The notes beneath the pieces are model-generated. The model searched no databases, was not told where the DNA came from, and saw nothing but the letters and a program-made list of their open reading frames with translations. A DNA stretch of 64,000 bases, from NCBI GenBank assembly GCA_963750165.1, contig CAVVPN010000011.1, forward strand, positions 1,696,001 through 1,760,000, given 5' to 3'. The position numbers were made by a program, and so were the translations under genes. Numbering within the stretch: the first letter of the stretch is position 1; each line of letters starts with the position of its first letter. Below are positions 29,027-39,146 of this stretch, one piece after another. Origin of the DNA: an uncultured Gemmataceae bacterium. GTDB taxonomy: Bacteria > Planctomycetota > Planctomycetia > Gemmatales > Gemmataceae.

Positions 29027-29701
29027 CTAAGCAGGACCGAATTCCGGCAGCAGCGCCCGCACCAGGGCGCGCGGTGCGCCGATGTCCGCCACATGGACCT
29101 CGCCCAGCCATTCTTTGGCTGTGGGGTTGGCGAAGCCTTTCTTCTGGGTCACGAACGTGACCGTGTGCAGCGCCCGCACGCACGGCCCCAGCGGCAAACC
29201 GGTGTCGCAGTCCATCCCGGACGGCAGGTCCACCGCCAGTACCTTCGCTCCGCCAGCGTTGATCGCGGCAATCACCCGGTCCAGCGGCGGCCGCGCCGGT
29301 CCCGTCACCCCAGTTCCGAGCAAGGCGTCCACCACCCAGTCCGCGCCCGCCAAGTCCGGCGCTGGCACGGCATCAGCGCACACCGTCAACGGCAGTCCCG
29401 CGCGACGCACAATCTCGAAGTTGATGGCCGCGTCACCGGTCAGCGTCTGCGGTTGGCCGAAGAACAGCACGCGCACCGTGACGCCGTGGTTGTCCAGGTG
29501 GCGAGCGATGACGAAGCCGTCGCCACCATTGTTGCCCTTGCCGCAACACACCACCACCGGGCCGCACACGCCCAGCCGCAGCAGCACCTCCGCGGCGCCG
29601 CGGCCGGCGTTCTCCATGAGCACCACGCCCGGCACGCCATACTCGGCGCTGGCCCGCCGGTCCAGCTCCCGCACCTGGTCACGGCTGATGAATTCGCCCA
29701 T
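29027..29701 (-). CDS. nnrE: NAD(P)H-hydrate epimerase (YjeF N-domain)
   Basis: LMENAG, CGKGNNGGDG, VDALLGTG, AVDLPSG, TVTF, ADIG. Confidence 0.92.
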   Translation of the reverse strand: MGEFISRDQVRELDRRASAEYGVPGVVLMENAGRGAAEVLLRLGVCGPVVVCCGKGNNGGDGFVIARHLDNHGVTVRVLFFGQPQTLTGDAAINFEIVRRAGLPLTVCADAVPAPDLAGADWVVDALLGTGVTGPARPPLDRVIAAINAGGAKVLAVDLPSGMDCDTGLPLGPCVRALHTVTFVTQKKGFANPTAKEWLGEVHVADIGAPRALVRALLPEFGPA

Positions 29702-29708
29702 ACGCCCC

Positions 29709-30695
29709 TCAGCGGCTGATGCGCAGCGTGCCGCTCTTCATGGTCGCCTCGACCTCCTCGCGCGTCAGCCAGGCGAAGTCACCGGGGATCGAGTGCTTGA
29801 GCGCACTGGCCGCGACGCCCGCGTCCAGGCCGCGCTGCAGGTCGTTGCTCAGCAGGCCGTGGATCAACCCCGCCGCGAAGCAGTCGCCCGCGCCGAGCCG
29901 ATCCACTATCTCCACCTCATAGGTGCGCGTCTTGTAGACCTTGCCGTCCTGGTACGCCATCGCGGTCCAGCTGTTTTTCCAGACGAGCGGGTTTTCGCGC
30001 AGCGTGATGGCGACAGTCTTGAGGCCAAAGCGGCGCACCAGCTGGGCGGACACGTCCTCGTAATCCTTGCCGTGGATGCCGAAGACGCGCTCGGTGTCCT
30101 CCTCGGTGGTGATGAGCACGTCGCACAACGGCATGAACTCGCTCATCCAGCGGGCCGCCTCCGCCTGGCTCCACAACTTCACGCGGTAATTCAGGTCCAT
30201 GCTGGTGCGAACGCCGGCCGCCCGCGCCGCTTGCAGGGACTCGCGCGTGACCTCGGCAGCGCCAGCGCTGAGCGCGGGCGTGATGCCGGTGACGTGATAC
30301 CACTTCGCCCCGGCGAAGACCTTTTTCCAATCGACCATGCCCGGCCCGATGCCGGCGATGGCCGCGTTCTTGCGGTCGTAGAGGACGCTGCTGGCGCGCG
30401 GGGCGGCGCCGAATTCGAGGAAGTAGAGGCCAACGCGGTCGTCGTCGGTCCAGACGACGTGATCGGTGGCGACGCCGGCACAGCGGGCGTGGTTGGCGAT
30501 CAGGCGGCCGAGGGGGTTGCGCGTCAGCCGCGACACCCACGCCGTGGCGTGGCCAAGCCGCGCCAGCGCTACCGCGGTGTTCAGCTCGGCGCCGCCGACC
30601 ATGAGGTCCAGACTGGTCGCCTGCTCCAGCCGGCGGAAGTTCGGCGGACTGAGGCGGACCATCGCCTCGCCGAACGTGATGACCTCGGGAGACAT
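29709..30695 (-). CDS. kdgK: 2-dehydro-3-deoxygluconokinase (PfkB family)
   Basis: TFGEAM, GGAELN, DLNYR, VDRLGAGDCF, LKHSIPGD; adjacent to eda; SD ggaggt. Confidence 0.85.
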   Translation of the reverse strand: MSPEVITFGEAMVRLSPPNFRRLEQATSLDLMVGGAELNTAVALARLGHATAWVSRLTRNPLGRLIANHARCAGVATDHVVWTDDDRVGLYFLEFGAAPRASSVLYDRKNAAIAGIGPGMVDWKKVFAGAKWYHVTGITPALSAGAAEVTRESLQAARAAGVRTSMDLNYRVKLWSQAEAARWMSEFMPLCDVLITTEEDTERVFGIHGKDYEDVSAQLVRRFGLKTVAITLRENPLVWKNSWTAMAYQDGKVYKTRTYEVEIVDRLGAGDCFAAGLIHGLLSNDLQRGLDAGVAASALKHSIPGDFAWLTREEVEATMKSGTLRISR

Positions 30696-30710
30696 GGATA
30701 CCTCCGAAGA

Positions 30711-30783
30711 CATTAGTCATTAGTCACCAGTCATTAGTTTCAATCCTAATGACTAATGACTAATGACTGATGACTAATGACTA
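30711..30783. repeat. Inverted heptamer tandem repeat (CATTAGT)n / (ACTAATG)n
   Basis: cattagtcattagtcaccagtcattag ... ctaatgactaatgactaatgactgatgactaatgact; supplies the eda stop codon. Confidence 0.85.
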
Positions 30784-31433
30784 TTTTGTTCTTCGCGGGT
30801 TTTGCGGACGATGGCGACGTACTGCCGGGCCAGGTCGCGGAGGCGCTCGAAGTTGCGTTCCTGCACCGCCCGCGGCTCGACCAGCTGGCTACCGATACCG
30901 AGGCAGCAGGCACCTGCCTTGAGGAACGCTGCGGCCGTGGTCAGATCGACGCCGCCGGTTGGCATGACGCGGATTTGCGGCAGCGGCCCCCGCAGCGCCT
31001 TGAAGTACGCCGGCCCAACCACCTCCGCGGGGAACACCTTGACGATGTCGGCGCCGGCCTCCCAGGCGGTCAGGATCTCCGTCGGCGTGAAGGCGCCGGG
31101 CATGACCAGCTTGTTGTAGCGCTGGCACAGCTTGATGACCTCGACGTTGACGGTCGGCGAGACGATGTACTCCGCCCCGGCGAGGAAGACGGCACGGGCG
31201 GTTTCGGGGTCGAGGACGGTGCCGGCGCCGAGGAGAATCTGGTCGCCGAGGGCGTCGCGGACCTGGCGCAGTACGTCGAGGGCGTTGGGCACGGTCATGG
31301 TGATTTCGATGACGTGAACGCCGCCGTCGGCCAGCGCCCGCGCCACCTCGACGAGCTGCCGGCTGTCCGGCGAACGCACGACGGCGACGATGCCGTCGTC
31401 GAGGACGCGCTGGAGTTGACGTTCCTTGCTCAT
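30774..31433 (-). CDS. eda: KDPG/KHG aldolase
   Basis: IVAVVR, IEIT, GAGTVLD, PGAFTPTE, VKVFPA, MPTGGV. Confidence 0.93.
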   Translation of the reverse strand: MSKERQLQRVLDDGIVAVVRSPDSRQLVEVARALADGGVHVIEITMTVPNALDVLRQVRDALGDQILLGAGTVLDPETARAVFLAGAEYIVSPTVNVEVIKLCQRYNKLVMPGAFTPTEILTAWEAGADIVKVFPAEVVGPAYFKALRGPLPQIRVMPTGGVDLTTAAAFLKAGACCLGIGSQLVEPRAVQERNFERLRDLARQYVAIVRKTREEQNSH

Positions 31434-31754
31434 GGCCTGCCCCAGTCCAGGAAATCGCGGGCGACTGGAGGGGTTTGTACGGGGCCGATGGCGGAAGTCA
31501 ACTCCGCGGTGGGCCGCGCCATGCCGGCCAGCGCCTGGGGTTGCCGGGCCGGGCAAGGATGCCAAGGGGGCCAACGGAGCCAGTGCCAGCGGTCGCCAAT
31601 TGCGCGTGCCGTGTCGCGCCGCGGGAAGCCGTCGCTTGCCGGTGAAAGCAAGGGTGCCAAGAGTGCCAACATTTTGTACGTCGAGAATCGGCGCCGTTGC
31701 CCCACGCGGCCGCCCTTCCGAAGTCTGCTGGCCAGCCGCGACAATGATCATTCT

Positions 31755-31930
31755 TGGTTCGTAGTTCTACGGTGCGCGGTGGGCAATGGAGGAGGTGTAG
31801 GACGGCTCTCCAGAGCCGTCTCTGCGGCAGAAGATGGCTCTGGAGAGCCGTCTCTGCGGCAGAAGACGGCTCTGGAGAGCCGTCCTACACCTCGCCTTCC
31901 CCGCATCCCGCACCGTAGAACTACAAACCA
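31755..31930. repeat. Nested REP-like composite: outer GTAGTTCTACGGTGCG inverted repeat enclosing three family C units
   Basis: tggttcgtagttctacggtgcg...cgcaccgtagaactacaaacca flanking gtaggacggctctccagagccgtc repeats. Confidence 0.8.
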
Positions 31931-31942
31931 GGACAACCGCGT

Positions 31943-32671
31943 TCAGCGCGACGTTCCTGCCAGGGCGGTGAGGCGCTTGTTCGCCTCCTCGTGGCGGGCC
32001 GCGTCGGTTTCGTGGGTCAGGATTTCCTTGTACAACTCAATGGCCCGGGTGCGGTCGAGGGTCATCTTGTCGTACAGCCGGGCGGCGCGCAGCCGGGCGT
32101 CGCGCGTCGTCGTCGGGTTCCACTGGAAGCAGCGCTCGTAGTACGCCGCCGAGCGCCGGTACTGCCGATACACCTTGCTCTCGTAGATGTCGCCCAGCAT
32201 GTAGGCGGCGTCGGAGATCTTGTCGCTGTGCGGGTACTGCGTCAGCAACTGCTGAAACAGGATTTCCGCGCACCGCTGGTTGTCCTGGTATTCCGTGCTC
32301 CAGCCCTTGTCCTTGTACGACATGGCGCGCGTGAACAGCTTGTTGGCATCGGGCACGTTGATGGGGTCGGGCATCTTGCGTGGCGGCACTTCCAGTTCGA
32401 GGCGGAACGCCTGGTGGGGGATGCGGTGGAACTGCCGCAACTCCTCTTCGGCCCAGCGGGCCTTCTCCGTGTCGCTGACCTGGTTATAGTGGGCGCGCAG
32501 CTGTTCCAGCGTATGCTGGTAGTTCTTGCGCACGGCGATCAGGCGTTCGACCAGTTCAAAGTCGGACATGCCGCCGGGGTTGTTCTTGGCGTCGGGGGCC
32601 TGGGCGGTGGTGACGCCCAGGCCGGCGCAGAGCACGAGCGTGGCAATCAGGGGGACGTGGCGGTAGGCCAT
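31943..32671 (-). CDS. Secreted TPR-like protein
   Basis: Signal peptide; QLLTQYPHSDKISDAAYMLGDIYE helical repeats. Confidence 0.75.
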   Translation of the reverse strand: MAYRHVPLIATLVLCAGLGVTTAQAPDAKNNPGGMSDFELVERLIAVRKNYQHTLEQLRAHYNQVSDTEKARWAEEELRQFHRIPHQAFRLELEVPPRKMPDPINVPDANKLFTRAMSYKDKGWSTEYQDNQRCAEILFQQLLTQYPHSDKISDAAYMLGDIYESKVYRQYRRSAAYYERCFQWNPTTTRDARLRAARLYDKMTLDRTRAIELYKEILTHETDAARHEEANKRLTALAGTSR

Positions 32672-32729
32672 ACAAACCTCACCTCGCAGGTCAAGCGAAA
32701 GGGTGTGAGGTCGGGCCGGGCCACGCGTC

Positions 32730-33839
32730 TCACGATGAGGTTGGGGCCGTGACGCTGCGTGGCTCGATCCGACCGAAAATCATGCGCCCCGCGGGGGTCT
32801 GCAACACGCTGGTGACCGTGATGTTGACCTCCTGCCCGATCGCGGAACGGCCCTGCTCCACCACCACCATGGTGCCGTCGTCGAGATAGCCGACGCCCTG
32901 CCCGGGCTGGTCGCCGTGCTTGACAATGCGGATGGGCAGATGCTCGCCCGGCAGCGCCACCAGCTTCAGGGCGTTGGCCAACTCGTTCAGGTTGATAACG
33001 TCCACGCCCTGCAACTGGGCGATCTTGTTCAGGTTGAAGTCGTTGGTCACGACGCGGGCGCCAAGCGCCTTGGCCAGGCCGACCAGGCGCTCGTCCACCT
33101 TTTGCAACTCGCGCAACTCGGGCAGGTTGGCCTCGTGCATTTGCAACTCCACCTTGGAGTTGTTCTGCATCCGCTTGAGCATGTCCAGCCCGCGGCGACC
33201 GCGGTTGCGCTTGATCTTGTCCGAGCTGTCGGCGATCCCTTGCAGTTCTTGCAGGACGAAACGCGGCACCACCAACTTGGTGTCGATGATCCCCGTATCA
33301 CAAATATCGGCAATCCGGCCGTCGATGATGACACTGGTGTCGAGCACGAGCGGTTTCTGGCCCTTGACCTGTTTGGAAAATTCCACGTAGGGGATGATGA
33401 AGCGGAATTCGTCCTTGGTCTGCAGCAGCGTGGAGGTGGAGATGTAGCAGCAGATGATGGTGATGAGCAGGCGGATGGCCTGGAGCAGGTTGGCGTCGTT
33501 GCCGACCATGTCCTTGATGAACGGTTCCAGGGCGGTGGTAAACAGGGTGCCGAGCAGCAGCCCGAGCAGCAGGCCAAAATAGACCGCCGAGATGCTGGTG
33601 ATCTGCTTGTTGCGCACCGCCAGGTCGATGACGACGACGAAAAGGCCGGCGGCGAGGATGCCGACGAACGCCCGGATGGCCGTCTCGGGGTCCTTGCGCT
33701 GGTCGTTAAAGTAGGTAAAGGCCATCCAGGCCATGAGGATGATGAGCACCCCAAAGCCGCCGCGCAGCAGCCACAGCAGGACATTACCGGGGGCCGGCTT
33801 GCCGCCCAATTGATCTGAGGAAAACCAGCGGGAAAACAT
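32730..33839 (-). CDS. PIN/TRAM domain membrane protein (YacL-like)
   Basis: VLDTSVIIDGRI, RGRRGLD, TNDFNL, QGVGYLDDGTMVVVE, QTPAGRMIF. Confidence 0.93.
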   Translation of the reverse strand: MFSRWFSSDQLGGKPAPGNVLLWLLRGGFGVLIILMAWMAFTYFNDQRKDPETAIRAFVGILAAGLFVVVIDLAVRNKQITSISAVYFGLLLGLLLGTLFTTALEPFIKDMVGNDANLLQAIRLLITIICCYISTSTLLQTKDEFRFIIPYVEFSKQVKGQKPLVLDTSVIIDGRIADICDTGIIDTKLVVPRFVLQELQGIADSSDKIKRNRGRRGLDMLKRMQNNSKVELQMHEANLPELRELQKVDERLVGLAKALGARVVTNDFNLNKIAQLQGVDVINLNELANALKLVALPGEHLPIRIVKHGDQPGQGVGYLDDGTMVVVEQGRSAIGQEVNITVTSVLQTPAGRMIFGRIEPRSVTAPTSS

Positions 33840-33966
33840 GGACAACCTCCGAAAGCGCCGGGCCGCGGCGCGGGCTGGGGGCGTGGGTTGGCGAAGGGGC
33901 GGTGCCGGTCGGCCCGCCAGGGGGGGTGGCGGCCTCTGGGCCTGGCCCTTGGCAGCAACGGCCATT

Positions 33967-35136
33967 CTATACGGGAGTGTACGGCTGGAACAGTCTTTGG
34001 TACTCGTCCTGGGCATAGCGGTCGGTCATGCCGGCCAGGTAGTCGCAGACGGTCTGGTGCAGGGCGCCACCGAGGGCGCGCCGGGCGTAGCGCTCCGGCA
34101 GTTGCCGCGGCTCCCGACAGTACTCCGCGAACAGTTGCCGCAGGAAGCGCTGGCCCTTGGCGGCCATGCGCATCACGCGGTGGTGGTGGTAGACGCGCTG
34201 CCGCAAGAATTCTTCCAGGCTCGTCTTGAGCGCCCGCACCTCCGGCCCCGGGGCGGCCAGCAGCGCGGCGGCGGCGCGCACGTCCTCGACGGTGCGGACG
34301 CGCTGCTGCCGCAACCGCTGCCGGGTGTGCTCCAGCAGGTCGTTGACCTGCCAGTTGATGAGTTCGCGCAGGACGGTGGGCACGAACTGCTCCGGCCCCG
34401 CCCGGCTGGTGTGCCGCCGCACGCGCTCGACCCCCTGCTGCCAGAACGGCACGTCCTGCAGATCGGCGGCCGCGATCAGGCCAACGTTGAGGGCGTCGTC
34501 GAGGTCATGGGTGTCGTAGGCGAGGCTATCGGCGGCGTCCACGACCTGGGCTTCGAGGAAGGGTTGGCCGCCGTCCTGGTATTCGCGGAGGTCGGGGTCA
34601 TCGCGGTGTTTGCCGTGCAGGGCCTGGGCCTGGCGGACCTCGAAGGACAGGTTGAGGCCAGGGAAGTCGGCGTAACGGTATTCGAGGACTTCGAGGATGC
34701 GCAGGCCATGGCGGTTGTGCTCGAAGCCGCCGTGGTCGCGCATGCAGTCATTGAGGGCGTCCTCGCCGGCGTGGCCGAAGGGCGGATGGCCGAGGTCGTG
34801 GGCCAGGGCGATGGCTTCGGTGAGGTCTTCGTTCAGGCCGAGCTGGCGGGCGATGGTACGGCTGATCTGGGCGACTTCGAGGGTGTGCGTCAGGCGGGTG
34901 CGGTGGTAGTCGTTGGTCTGGTTGACGAGCACCTGGGTCTTGTACATGAGGCGGCGGAAGGCGGTGCTGTGGACGATGCGGTCGCGGTCGCGGGTGTACA
35001 GCGGCCTGTAGGCGTGGTCCTGTTCGGGGTAACGACGGCCGCGGCTCAGGCGTGTGCGCATGGCGTAGGGGGCCAGCAGTTCCTCCTCGCGCTGCAGCCA
35101 GTCGATGGGCACCAGGTTCCAGGGGTCGTCGCTCAT
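33967..35136 (-). CDS. dgt: Deoxyguanosinetriphosphate triphosphohydrolase (HD family)
   Basis: RDRDRIVHS, RTRLTHTLEV, HDLGHPPFGHAGE, DYLAGMTDRYA. Confidence 0.92.
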   Translation of the reverse strand: MSDDPWNLVPIDWLQREEELLAPYAMRTRLSRGRRYPEQDHAYRPLYTRDRDRIVHSTAFRRLMYKTQVLVNQTNDYHRTRLTHTLEVAQISRTIARQLGLNEDLTEAIALAHDLGHPPFGHAGEDALNDCMRDHGGFEHNRHGLRILEVLEYRYADFPGLNLSFEVRQAQALHGKHRDDPDLREYQDGGQPFLEAQVVDAADSLAYDTHDLDDALNVGLIAAADLQDVPFWQQGVERVRRHTSRAGPEQFVPTVLRELINWQVNDLLEHTRQRLRQQRVRTVEDVRAAAALLAAPGPEVRALKTSLEEFLRQRVYHHHRVMRMAAKGQRFLRQLFAEYCREPRQLPERYARRALGGALHQTVCDYLAGMTDRYAQDEYQRLFQPYTPV

Positions 35137-35167
35137 GAGGGCCTCATCGGTTCTGCCGCTTGGGGTC

Positions 35168-35397
35168 CGGTTGTGGCCTGGTCTCCCGACCAGGCCACGG
35201 TTGTGGCCGGGTCCCCGGTTGTGGCCTGGTCTCCCGACCAGGCCACTCGGCCGGATCGAAGGTCTCCCGCCTTCCCGCGACTATGAAGAGGAGACCTTCG
35301 GTCGCAGGTCGTGGCACGGTCAGGAGACCGTGCCACAACGGGCACAACGGGGGGAGGTCAAGAGACCGTGCCACAACGGGGATGTGCCACAACGGGG
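35168..35397. repeat. Cluster of GTGG-type REP-like palindromes
   Basis: ggttgtggcctggtctcccgaccaggccac x2 and ggtcaggagaccgtgccacaacggg x2 in opposite orientation. Confidence 0.75.
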
Positions 35398-35406
35398 ATT
35401 TCGGAT

Positions 35407-35901
35407 TTATTCGCGCAATTGCGCCGTCAACAAATCATACAGCGTTTCCAGCGACTGCACGATAACGCGCACGTCGCTGACGACGGTCATGAAGTTGGTG
35501 TCGCCGTTCCAGCGCGGCACCAGATGCCAGTGCAGATGGCCCGGCAGGCCAGCGCCGGCGGCACGACCGAGGTTCAGGCCGATGTTGTAGCCGTCGGGCC
35601 GCAGCAGGCCGTCGAGGGTGCGCACCAGGCGCTGCAGGAGTTGCTGCGTGTCGAGCAGCACGTCGGGCGACAGTTCGTCGAGGCGGCCGAGGTGCGCCCG
35701 CGGCGCCACCAGCAGGTGACCGTTGTTGTACGGGAAGCGGTTCAGGACCACGACGCTGAGGGGGGTGCGCAGGGCGATCAGATGGCGGCGGTCGTCGTCC
35801 TGGGCGAGGCCCTGGCAGATGAAACAGGGCTCGGCGTCGGCGGCCGGCTTCGGGTTGGCGACATATGCCAACCGCCAGGGGGCCCACAGTTGCTCCATCA
35901 T
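35407..35901 (-). CDS. HIT-family hydrolase (Ap4A phosphorylase-like)
   Basis: LWAPWR, CFIC, NRFPYNNGHLLVAP, HLHWHLVPRWNGD. Confidence 0.9.
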   Translation of the reverse strand: MMEQLWAPWRLAYVANPKPAADAEPCFICQGLAQDDDRRHLIALRTPLSVVVLNRFPYNNGHLLVAPRAHLGRLDELSPDVLLDTQQLLQRLVRTLDGLLRPDGYNIGLNLGRAAGAGLPGHLHWHLVPRWNGDTNFMTVVSDVRVIVQSLETLYDLLTAQLRE

Positions 35902-35968
35902 GGCGTCCTCTTTATGATAGCGTTCCCGTACAGGCGCTGGACAACTCCCAGTAGACAGGGTGGCAAAT

Positions 35969-36361
35969 ATGGGGCGGCCGGCAAGCAGAAAATTGCAGAT
36001 TCGCTATCACGTGGCGGTGGCGCTGGGCCTGGCGCTCCTGGGGATGCTGGCGCTGTGGTGGGGTTTGAGCATGCGCTCGGACTGGCAACACTGGCTGGCG
36101 TGCTGGCTGGTGGCGGTCAACGTGGTGGCGTTCGGCTACTACGGCTATGACAAGGGGCGGGCGCGGTTCAGCCGGTCGCGCGTGCCGGAGGTGGTGCTGC
36201 ACGGGCTGAGCGCCGTTGGCGGCAGTGTCGGCTCCTTCCTGGCGATGCAGACGTTCCGTCACAAAACCATCAAGGGCTCGTTCCGCCTGCTGTTCTGGAT
36301 CATCGTGCTGTTGCAGCTGACGCTGATTCTCTGGATCATCAAGCTGGTGTGGTTCACGTAA
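35969..36361 (+). CDS. DUF1294 membrane protein
   Basis: YGYDK..A....RVPE..L...GGSVG....FRHKT.K. Confidence 0.85.
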   Translation: MGRPASRKLQIRYHVAVALGLALLGMLALWWGLSMRSDWQHWLACWLVAVNVVAFGYYGYDKGRARFSRSRVPEVVLHGLSAVGGSVGSFLAMQTFRHKTIKGSFRLLFWIIVLLQLTLILWIIKLVWFT

Positions 36362-36372
36362 CGGAGAAACCC

Positions 36373-37212
36373 ATGCCGATCATCGACGCGCACGTCCACG
36401 TCTGGACGGACGACACCGCCCGCTATCCGCTGGCCGCGGGCTACATCGCGGAGCAGATGGTGCCGCGTTCGTTCACGCCCGAGCAACTGTTCGCCCACAC
36501 CCGGCCGGCCGGCGTCACACGCATCCAACTCATTCAACCGCGGTTCTACGGATTCGATAACTCTTACATGGTCGATGCGATGGAGCGCCACCCGGGAGTC
36601 TTCGTCGGCACCGCGGTCATCGACCCGCACACGGACGACGTGGCCGCCCGGATGGCGGAGCTGGGGCGCCGCGGCGTGCGCGCTTTCCGCATCCATCCGC
36701 GGCTGAGCGGTCAGCAGCCGGCGACGTGGCTGCGTCCGGAAGGCTTCACGCGGATGTTCGCAACGGCCGCCCACACCCGCCAGTTTGTGAGCTGTCTGAT
36801 CGACCCCGACGGTCTGCCCGAAGTGGATCGCATGTGCGCGGCGCACCGCGACACGCCCGTCATCATCGACCACCTGGCGCGCGTCGGCGGCGACGGCACC
36901 GTCCGCGAAGCCGACACGGAGGCCCTGTGCGCCCTGTCCCGGCACCGCCACGTGTTGGTCAAGCTCGGAGCCTTTTACGCGCTGGGCGCACGGCAGCCGC
37001 CCTACGACGACCTGGTGCCGCTGCTGCACCGGGTCGTGACGGCGTTTGGCCCGCGTCGCTGCATGTGGGAGAGCGATTGCCCCTACCAGGTGCGGCGGCT
37101 GCACACCTATGCGGACAGCCTCGACCTGGTGCGCCGCCTCAATTTTCTGAGCGACGCGGAGCGGGAGTGGCTGTTGTGGAGGACGGCGGCAACATTTCTC
37201 TTCGACGAGTGA
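36373..37212 (+). CDS. Amidohydrolase 2 family protein
   Basis: IDAHVHVW, IIDHLA, FGPRRCMWESDCP. Confidence 0.88.
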   Translation: MPIIDAHVHVWTDDTARYPLAAGYIAEQMVPRSFTPEQLFAHTRPAGVTRIQLIQPRFYGFDNSYMVDAMERHPGVFVGTAVIDPHTDDVAARMAELGRRGVRAFRIHPRLSGQQPATWLRPEGFTRMFATAAHTRQFVSCLIDPDGLPEVDRMCAAHRDTPVIIDHLARVGGDGTVREADTEALCALSRHRHVLVKLGAFYALGARQPPYDDLVPLLHRVVTAFGPRRCMWESDCPYQVRRLHTYADSLDLVRRLNFLSDAEREWLLWRTAATFLFDE

Positions 37213-37262
37213 CCCCGTTTTCAGTTTCGCGCACCCTGAGCGCGAAACTGAAAACGGGGTCA
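37210..37262. terminator. 23-bp hairpin between convergent genes
   Basis: tgaccccgttttcagtttcgcgc / gcgcgaaactgaaaacggggtca. Confidence 0.6.
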
Positions 37263-37292
37263 GGAAAGACTCGAAGCGACCTGAGCCGCTCA

Positions 37293-39146
37293 CTACAGGC
37301 AGGGCGTTTTCCATTGCCGGCTGCCGGGTCCCTGCTTTATCTGGGTCCGCTCGAGGGGCTGGGGGTCGAGCAGCGCCCGCCACTGCTCGGCGGTGGTGCC
37401 GGCGTCTCGGCCGGTCAGCGCCCGCAGCGCGAAGAGGATCGCCTTGCGGTGCGCCGACAACGGTCGGGTTTCAGGTCGCTCGGCCGCGAAGGCGACCTGT
37501 TCTTCCGCGGTCAGCGGCCGGACGCGCACCAGGTAGTCGAAGCGCTGCCAGGCGGGCCAGACGCCGTGATCCTTCACCGGCTGCAGCACCGAGAAGTCCT
37601 GCCGCAGATACGTCACGTCCGCCCGCACCAGCGTGTAGCCGCTGCGCTCCATGTAATAGATGCTGGACCTCTCGGGCACCTCCTCGCCAGGCGGCGGCAC
37701 CGGGGCGCGAACGTGGTCCGTCTTGGCGGTGGACGGCGAATGGCACAGCAGGCAGTTGCGCAGATGGTTAACGCGCACCAGTTCACGCTTCACGAGCACC
37801 CGGCGGTTCGCGACCCGCTGCTGGAAGGGTGCGTCCGGGTCAGGTTCGCCCAGCAGCGCCACCAGGTGCGGAACGGCCTCGGTCGTCCCCAGGGCGGCCA
37901 GGGCCTCGGCGGCGTGCTCGGCGGCTGCCGGCCAGGGGTGGCGCAGGCCGTCGAGCAACACGGGCAGGAATTCTTTGGCAGGTCGCCCGTGCAGCCCCAC
38001 GACGGCCGCGCCGCGCACCTCCGGGTCCAGGTCAAACACGGCGGCCTCGGCGAGGTTTCTGACCGCCTCGCTACGGCTCGTCTCGTTCAGGCGCTTGATA
38101 AAGGAGAACCGCAGGCCGGGGTCCTTCACCGCCAGCATTTGTCGGAGCGCTGACAGCCCCGCCCCGTGGTCGTACAACCCATTGCCATTCTTCTGCAGGG
38201 TCGTCCAGAAGAGTTCCGACTCGTGCAACGGTGCGTCCGGGACGGGCTTGGTCTGTTTCTGCAAGGATTTCTTGGAGGCAACCAGGCTGCCGTCCAGGGC
38301 GGTGCGAATGAGCCGCGACCGAGACTCCAGTTCATACCCTGCCGTCCCAGTCAGCCGGCAGTCCTGGCCCATGCGCCACGGCAGGCCCGCCAGATCCTCT
38401 CGCTTCTCCTTGAGGTGCATCACGAACGCATCCGGGTTGCTCGTGATCTGCTTGGCGATGGCGTTAGCCTGGGCCTGGATGTGCTGTCGGGCCGCCTTCG
38501 CGTCCGTCCCCTTCGTGGGAGCGGCGTCCGTCTCCAGGGCCACCTCCGGGACATCCTTGAGGAGTTGCTCGCGCAGCACCTCCGCGGTGCGCGACTGCTG
38601 GTGTTTGGCCGAGAGTTCGACCGTCGCCCGCACCCTGGCTTGCAGTTCGGCTTTCTGTTGCTCCGGGGTTTTCTGCGGCGCGTCCAGGGCCGTGGCCAGA
38701 CGCTTTGTGGGCGGCAGCTTCACCCAGGCCAGCGTTGTCTCCTTCCGCGGCGCCAGCTTGCCCTGGGCGCGGACGACCTCCGGCGCAGGCGCGGCCGGCG
38801 CCGTGGCGACCGGCGGCAGGGGCGCGGGCGTTTCACGAGTTTCGGGCTGCACGGGTGAAAGCACTTTGAGGCAGGATGGTCCACCATCGCGTGCCGGCGT
38901 TTCGGCGCGGTGGACGAGCACCGCCGTCACCAGGATAGCGGCCAGCAGCATCGTGGCCGCGGTCCCACCGATCACGAGGCCGCGGCGTCCGCCCGCCACG
39001 GCTTCTCCGGGTTCGGCCAGGCGGTAAGTGTTGCCGTTGCGGCGGGCGATGACGAGGCCACCCTTGCAGGCGGGACACTTCGCCGGCCGGCCGGCGCCGG
39101 CGCGGATGGCCGGGAGGGGTTCGCAGTAACAGCAGCGCGAAGACAT
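37293..39146 (-). CDS. Membrane-anchored HEAT-repeat protein with CxxCH motif
   Basis: N-terminal Cys cluster, TM helix, HEAT-like repeats (DLDPEVRGAAV, AAEALAALG), CLLCH. Confidence 0.75.
   Translation of the reverse strand: MSSRCCYCEPLPAIRAGAGRPAKCPACKGGLVIARRNGNTYRLAEPGEAVAGGRRGLVIGGTAATMLLAAILVTAVLVHRAETPARDGGPSCLKVLSPVQPETRETPAPLPPVATAPAAPAPEVVRAQGKLAPRKETTLAWVKLPPTKRLATALDAPQKTPEQQKAELQARVRATVELSAKHQQSRTAEVLREQLLKDVPEVALETDAAPTKGTDAKAARQHIQAQANAIAKQITSNPDAFVMHLKEKREDLAGLPWRMGQDCRLTGTAGYELESRSRLIRTALDGSLVASKKSLQKQTKPVPDAPLHESELFWTTLQKNGNGLYDHGAGLSALRQMLAVKDPGLRFSFIKRLNETSRSEAVRNLAEAAVFDLDPEVRGAAVVGLHGRPAKEFLPVLLDGLRHPWPAAAEHAAEALAALGTTEAVPHLVALLGEPDPDAPFQQRVANRRVLVKRELVRVNHLRNCLLCHSPSTAKTDHVRAPVPPPGEEVPERSSIYYMERSGYTLVRADVTYLRQDFSVLQPVKDHGVWPAWQRFDYLVRVRPLTAEEQVAFAAERPETRPLSAHRKAILFALRALTGRDAGTTAEQWRALLDPQPLERTQIKQGPGSRQWKTPCL

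Noticed and set aside
30711..30783. CRISPR array in the heptamer repeats and REP clusters (also 35168-35397)
   Set aside because: No constant 23-47 bp repeats separated by unique spacers; no cas genes
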